64,000 nucleotides of DNA, taken from assembly GCA_043805415.1 (NCBI GenBank), contig JAZDHZ010000045.1, positions 26,490 through 90,489 on the forward strand. Direction: 5' to 3'. This document shows, in pieces, positions 59,408 to 64,000 of the stretch; the first letter of the stretch is position 1; each line of letters opens with the position of its first letter. Origin of the DNA: Candidatus Omnitrophota bacterium. Its GTDB lineage: Bacteria; Omnitrophota; Gorgyraeia; B26-G9. The notes below the pieces were generated by a model. The model searched no databases and was not told the DNA's origin. It worked only from the letters and a program-made list of their open reading frames with translations. The position numbers and the translations under genes were made by a program.

Positions 59408-60325
59408 ATGAACTTCCCGAGCTACGATCTTATTATTGTCGGCGCTGGCCCCAGCGGAATGACAGCAGCTGTGTATGCAGCACGCAAAAAAATGAATTTT
59501 ATTCTCATGTCAATTGATATCGGCGGCCAGGCAGCCTGGAGCGGAGATATTGAAAATTACACAAGTTATCAGTTTATTTCCGGCCCGGAACTTTCTTTAA
59601 AATTTCATGAACATATCAGCGCCTTTGGCATAGAAGTTCTGATGCCTGAGGCAGTAAGAGATATAATTAAACAGCAAAACCTAATACAGGTTAAAACAGC
59701 TAAATCTGAATATACAGCCAAAAGCATTATTATTGCTACTGGTAAGCGGCCAAAACAATTGAATGTTGAAGGCGAGAATAAATACAAAAATAAAGGTCTT
59801 ACTTATTGTGCTACATGTGACGGACCTATCTTTAAAGGTAAAAAAGTTGCGGTTATCGGCGGCGGTAATTCAGCGCTTGATGCGGTAATGCAGCTTAATA
59901 AAATCTCTCCAAAAGTGTATCTTATCAGCAATAATAGAAAACTTACGGGTGATCCAATCATGGTAGAAAAAATAAATTCATTTTCAAATGTGGAAATAAT
60001 CTATAATTCCAGACCAACAAAAATAAGCGGCGAGACATTTGTCAAATCTTTATCAGTTAAGCAGCAGGATAAAGAATTTGATATAGATGTCGAAGGAATA
60101 TTTGTTGAAATCGGACTTATTCCTAATTCAGAATGCGCCTCAATCCTCGCGAAGAATAAAAAAGGAGAGATAATCGTTGACTCCCATAATCAGACCAATG
60201 TCGAAGGTATATTTGCCGCGGGGGATGTGACTGATATTCCTGAGAAGCAAATTATTATTGCCTGTGGGGAAGGGGCTAAAGCCTGTTTGTCCTGTTTCCA
60301 TTATTTATCAACTCATAATTTTTAG
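59408..60325 (+). CDS. trxB: Thioredoxin-disulfide reductase (TrxB/AhpF-like)
   Basis: GAGPSG, YCATCDG, GGGNSA and FAAGDVT. Confidence 0.88.
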   Translation: MNFPSYDLIIVGAGPSGMTAAVYAARKKMNFILMSIDIGGQAAWSGDIENYTSYQFISGPELSLKFHEHISAFGIEVLMPEAVRDIIKQQNLIQVKTAKSEYTAKSIIIATGKRPKQLNVEGENKYKNKGLTYCATCDGPIFKGKKVAVIGGGNSALDAVMQLNKISPKVYLISNNRKLTGDPIMVEKINSFSNVEIIYNSRPTKISGETFVKSLSVKQQDKEFDIDVEGIFVEIGLIPNSECASILAKNKKGEIIVDSHNQTNVEGIFAAGDVTDIPEKQIIIACGEGAKACLSCFHYLSTHNF

Positions 60326-60347
60326 AAAATTTAAATATTTATTAAGC

Positions 60348-60376
60348 TTGACATAATGACACCAATATGGTATCAT
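60348..60376 (+). promoter_or_regulatory. nrdJ promoter
   Basis: TTGACA-17 bp-TATCAT with an extended -10 TG. Confidence 0.7.
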
Positions 60377-60438
60377 TTAAATAGTGAACAATGACTTTTA
60401 ACCGAAAGGTAGATTTACCAAACAAAGAGGAGGTATAT

Positions 60439-60519
60439 ATGTGTGTTCTAAAATATATGCTACGTCCGATTACACATTGTAAAGAGGGCTGTAGTATGGT
60501 GTCCTGGGCAAGACGCTAA
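60439..60519 (+). CDS. Putative 26-aa leader peptide MCVLKYMLRPITHCKEGCSMVSWARR
   Basis: SD AGGAGGT just upstream of the ATG; lies between the promoter and nrdJ; its stop sits inside a hairpin. Confidence 0.6.
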   Translation: MCVLKYMLRPITHCKEGCSMVSWARR

Positions 60520-60543
60520 ACTGCCCATTTTTATTTTATTTTG
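60505..60543 (+). terminator. Attenuator-like terminator in the nrdJ leader
   Basis: TGGGCA-11 nt-TGCCCA followed by a T-rich tract. Confidence 0.55.
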
Positions 60544-60582
60544 TTTGGGTGCCTATGGTTTATCATAAGAAAGGTAAGAATA

Positions 60583-62865
60583 ATGGATATTGCATTAAAT
60601 AAGGATGTTAATTCAAGCATTACGGATAATGCCAGGAAAGTTCTAGAAAAACGCTATCTTAAAAAAGATAACAATGGAAATCCTACGGAATCATTTTCTG
60701 ATCTTATAAATCGTGTGGCCACCACCTTAGCCCAAGCAGATAAATTGTATAATAACAAAGCAGATACTAAAAAAACCGCTGAAGAATTTTATGCGATTAT
60801 GCATAATTTAGAGTTTTTGCCTAATTCGCCTACGCTGATGAATGCGGGAAGGGATTTAGGGCAGTTGTCTGCCTGCTTTGTTCTTCCGATCGAAGACTCC
60901 ATGGAGTCAATATTTGAAACCATAAAAGACGCGGCGCTTATCCATAAAAGCGGAGGCGGTACTGGATTTAGCTTTTCCAGGATAAGGTCTAAAAATAGCG
61001 CAGTGAAAAGTACAGGCGGCATTGCTAGTGGCCCGATTTCTTTTTTAAAGGTTTTTGATTCTGCGACTCAGGCGGTAAAACAAGGAGGCACAAGACGCGG
61101 TGCGAATATGGGGATCCTGCGTGTAGACCATCCAGATATAATGGAATTTATCAGTTGCAAGGAAAACGATGCAGCGATTGCTAATTTTAATATTTCAGTT
61201 GGATTGACGGAAGAATTTATGAGCAAGGTAGAGAAAAAACAGGATTATTGGACTATTGATCCAAGAACAGAGGAAAAAATAGAAAAGTTAAGCGCGGAAA
61301 AAGTGTTTCATAAAATAACTGATATGGCCTATAAAAACGGTGAGCCAGGAATTGTTTTCTTAGATCGGATGAACCAGGATAATCCTACACCTTTGCAGGG
61401 AGAAATTGAATCAACAAATCCTTGCGGAGAACAACCTCTCCTGCCTTATGAAAGCTGCAACCTGGGGTCTGTAAACCTTGCTAAGATGGTTAAGAACCAA
61501 AAAATAGATTGGGAAAGAATCAGGCAGGTTGTGCATATTGGAGTACATTGTTTGGATAATGTAATTGATATTAATAAGTTTCCGCTGGAAAAAATAAAAC
61601 AGCAGACTCTTAAGAATCGAAAAATCGGGCTTGGGGTTATGGGCTTTGCTGATATGCTGATTGATCTTGGGATTGCTTATAATTCTGAGTTAGGTTTGCA
61701 AACAGCAGAAAATGTGATGAAGTTCATCCTTGATGAGGCAACAAAAGCATCTGAGGCTTTGGCTAAAGAACGCGGCACAGCTCCAGCATATGAGGAAAGT
61801 ATCTATAACAAACCAGGTAATCCTAAGCTTAGGAATCTCAGTTTAACGACCGTTGCGCCAACCGGAACATTAAGTATTATCGCAGATTGCTCCAGCGGGG
61901 TTGAACCTTTGTTTGCGCTTGCCTATTATCGAAAAGTAATGGATGATGATAATTTGCCTGAATTTAATAAGTGTCTTGAGCGAGTGGCAAAAGAAAAAGA
62001 GTTTTATTCTGAAAAATTAGTAAAAGAATTGGCTGAAAACGGTTCTTTGAAAGATATCAATGGAGTTCCAGAGCAGATTAAAAATATTTTTGTTACTTCG
62101 CATGATATTTCTCCAGAATGGCATATTAAAATGCAGGCAGCGTTTCAAAAATATACGAATAATGCGGTTTCCAAAACCATTAACTTTCCAGAGCAGGCTA
62201 CGCTAGAAGACATTCGCAGCGCGTATACGCTTGCTTATAAGCTGGGCTGCAAGGGGCTGACTATATACCGGAATAATAGCAGAAAAGAGCAGGTTTTGAA
62301 TTTATCAAGCAACAAAACTGAAGGGATTAAGGTATTGCCAGTTAAGATTGGGCCCAGACCAAGGCCAAAAGTTGTATTTGGCACAACGACAAAATTAAGT
62401 ACGGGTTGTGGCAATCTATATGTAACTATAAATGAAGATAATAAAGGCCGGCCTTTTGAAGTGTTTATGCAGATGGGCAAAGCCGGAGGATGCGCCATGA
62501 GTCAGCTTGAGGCAATAGGCCGCTTAGTGTCTCTTGCTCTGCGCAGTGAAGTTGATGTTAAGCTGATTCTTGAGCAGCTGCGCGGTATCAGGTGTCCGTC
62601 TCCTAGCTGGGGGCAGGGCGGTAGGATTCTTTCCTGCTCTGATGCGATTGCGCGGGCTATTGAGCAAAAGCTTTCAAGTGTAAAAGAATCTGCTCAAAAG
62701 CAAGAAAAACTAAATGAGGGTTTTGAGGATATGCAGGCAACTTTGAAAAAAAGTTCTTTGAGTATTTCGAATATTGTGGGGGTATGCCCTGACTGCGGAG
62801 CAGCCTTGCATCACGTAGAAGGTTGTAATGTCTGTACTGGCTGCGGGTATTCTAAATGCGGCTGA
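60583..62865 (+). CDS. nrdJ: Vitamin B12-dependent (class II) ribonucleotide reductase
   Basis: NSPTL, QLSAC, TNPCGEQ and APTG; TSCPD-type domain (SCSDAI); C-terminal Zn ribbon. ATG 60583 is the likely start. Confidence 0.95.
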   Translation: MDIALNKDVNSSITDNARKVLEKRYLKKDNNGNPTESFSDLINRVATTLAQADKLYNNKADTKKTAEEFYAIMHNLEFLPNSPTLMNAGRDLGQLSACFVLPIEDSMESIFETIKDAALIHKSGGGTGFSFSRIRSKNSAVKSTGGIASGPISFLKVFDSATQAVKQGGTRRGANMGILRVDHPDIMEFISCKENDAAIANFNISVGLTEEFMSKVEKKQDYWTIDPRTEEKIEKLSAEKVFHKITDMAYKNGEPGIVFLDRMNQDNPTPLQGEIESTNPCGEQPLLPYESCNLGSVNLAKMVKNQKIDWERIRQVVHIGVHCLDNVIDINKFPLEKIKQQTLKNRKIGLGVMGFADMLIDLGIAYNSELGLQTAENVMKFILDEATKASEALAKERGTAPAYEESIYNKPGNPKLRNLSLTTVAPTGTLSIIADCSSGVEPLFALAYYRKVMDDDNLPEFNKCLERVAKEKEFYSEKLVKELAENGSLKDINGVPEQIKNIFVTSHDISPEWHIKMQAAFQKYTNNAVSKTINFPEQATLEDIRSAYTLAYKLGCKGLTIYRNNSRKEQVLNLSSNKTEGIKVLPVKIGPRPRPKVVFGTTTKLSTGCGNLYVTINEDNKGRPFEVFMQMGKAGGCAMSQLEAIGRLVSLALRSEVDVKLILEQLRGIRCPSPSWGQGGRILSCSDAIARAIEQKLSSVKESAQKQEKLNEGFEDMQATLKKSSLSISNIVGVCPDCGAALHHVEGCNVCTGCGYSKCG

Positions 62866-62900
62866 GAATTTTAATAAACTAATTAGCAAAAGGATTGGCC

Positions 62901-63323
62901 ATGAAACTTATTACCAAACACACTGATTATGCTATTCGGGCCTTGGGATGTATTGCCAAAAACAAAGACGAATTAATTACGGTTTTTGGTTTATCGGAAA
63001 AATTAGATATGCCTCAGTCTTTTTTAAGAAAAATACTGCAGCGGCTGAATAAAAAAGGCATATTAAAATCATACAAAGGCAAAGGCGGAGGTTTTTTACT
63101 TAATGTTAATCCTCGGAAAATTACAGTTTTTCAACTTATGGAGATATTTCAAGGAGAATTTAAAATAAACGAACATGTTTTTAAAGGTAAAGTTTGCCCG
63201 GTAATAAAAATCTGTTATTTTAAAAAAAAACTGGATATAATAGAAAGCAATTTGAAAAAGCAGCTAGAGTCAATCACAATTGAAAAAATAACAAAACAAG
63301 ATGATTATTTGAGGAAAAAATAA
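62901..63323 (+). CDS. Rrf2 family transcriptional regulator
   Basis: TDYAIRAL, FLRKILQ.L and S.KG.GGGF.L; H..C..C near the C-terminus. Confidence 0.92.
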   Translation: MKLITKHTDYAIRALGCIAKNKDELITVFGLSEKLDMPQSFLRKILQRLNKKGILKSYKGKGGGFLLNVNPRKITVFQLMEIFQGEFKINEHVFKGKVCPVIKICYFKKKLDIIESNLKKQLESITIEKITKQDDYLRKK

Positions 63324-63324
63324 G

Positions 63325-63792
63325 ATGAAAAATAAACTATCAAATTCAATTATAAGTTTAATGAAAAAACAGGGTTTTGTTATTGTCAGCTCGCTTGATG
63401 AACAGGGCAAAATTCATTGTTCAGCAAAAGGCCTTGTGGGAATTGAGCAAGAAAGAGTATTTATAATTGATCTATATAAAGCTGGAACTTATAATAATCT
63501 ATCTAAAAATCCAACGGTTACAATTTCCTTTGTTGATGAGCATAGATTTGAAGGATATGCTTTACAGGGCAAGGCGAAGATTGTTGAAAAAGAGAATATT
63601 AAAGACAGCATAATTGCTGAATGGGAAGATAAAGTGCTGCAAAGAATATCCCAAAGAGTAATTCAGAATTTAAAACAAGGTAAGCCTGGCGCGCATCATC
63701 CTGAGGCTTCATTTCCGCATCCTAAATATCTGATTGAAATTGATATGAAAAAGTTATTGATCTTGCTCCTTCAGTTAGAAAATAAACTCTAG
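63325..63792 (+). CDS. Pyridoxamine 5'-phosphate oxidase-like FMN-binding protein
   Basis: H.S.KG, T..NL..NP.V and GY.L.GKA; possible frameshift near the 3' end. Confidence 0.8.
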   Translation: MKNKLSNSIISLMKKQGFVIVSSLDEQGKIHCSAKGLVGIEQERVFIIDLYKAGTYNNLSKNPTVTISFVDEHRFEGYALQGKAKIVEKENIKDSIIAEWEDKVLQRISQRVIQNLKQGKPGAHHPEASFPHPKYLIEIDMKKLLILLLQLENKL

Positions 63793-63869
63793 AGGAGATA
63801 GAACTAATCTTAATTAAAGGTTGGAATGCAAAAAAGGTTATTGAGAAAAATTTCAGGGTGGATGTTTAA

Positions 63870-64000
63870 ATGGTAGATCTATTTTTGAATTTTATAAATG
63901 AAAGTATTAATCTTTGGATAGAGATGGCGCCTTATCTGCTTTTTGGTATGAGCATGGCAGGCTTATTGCATATTTTTCTGGGTAAGGAACTTATTACCGA
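63870..64000 (+). CDS. Predicted permease (DUF318/SO_0444-like), 3'-partial
   Basis: MVDLFLNFINESINLWIEMAPYLLFGMSMAGLLHIFL; runs off the window end. Confidence 0.7.
   Translation, partial: MVDLFLNFINESINLWIEMAPYLLFGMSMAGLLHIFLGKELIT

Noticed and set aside
60354-60376. NrdR box in the nrdJ promoter (ACACCAATATGGTAT)
   Set aside because: One base short of the 16-bp consensus with several mismatches and no second box.
207-62498. Many short antisense or alternate-frame ORFs in the track (e.g. 207-512, 3072-3374, 25960-26379, 26719-27261, 33262-33669, 53784-54350)
   Set aside because: They overlap well-supported genes, lack RBSs and have no recognisable motifs; treated as shadow ORFs.
1-64000. 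CRISPR arrays, tRNA/rRNA genes, IS elements or prophage
   Set aside because: No repeat-spacer arrays, cloverleafs, transposase, integrase or phage genes were seen by eye; tRNAscan and Infernal would confirm.

Overview
AT-rich, gene-dense bacterial chromosome segment using the standard code 11, with almost all genes on the + strand. kdsB and an outer-membrane barrel gene indicate a diderm; Ahb heme synthesis, rubrerythrin/rubredoxin/FprA, FeoAB and a class II RNR indicate an anaerobe. The gene mix resembles Candidatus Omnitrophota/PVC (inference only). Main blocks: (1) a signal-peptide-bearing ~1000-aa coiled coil with ten 25-aa repeats, then fliW-csrA, a convergent small gene with CsrA-type hairpins on its RBS, and a divergent SecY paralog fused to a DUF2007-like domain; (2) three tandem SGNH-TPR proteins; (3) housekeeping genes, including folC broken by one in-frame TAA; (4) a cytochrome c biogenesis/heme operon with an orphan RnfG and an HD-GYP regulator; (5) feoAB, rpmB and an apparently exported glucan-phosphorylase homolog lacking the PLP lysine; (6) a Fur/PerR-headed oxidative-stress cluster with two small genes the ORF track missed; (7) an ArsR-MMPL-LolA-like-porin-YgaP unit; (8) a carbonic anhydrase remnant, trxB, and nrdJ preceded by a Cys/His leader peptide overlapping a terminator. 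I saw no rRNA, tRNA, CRISPR array or transposase. All calls come from reading motifs by eye; no searches were run.
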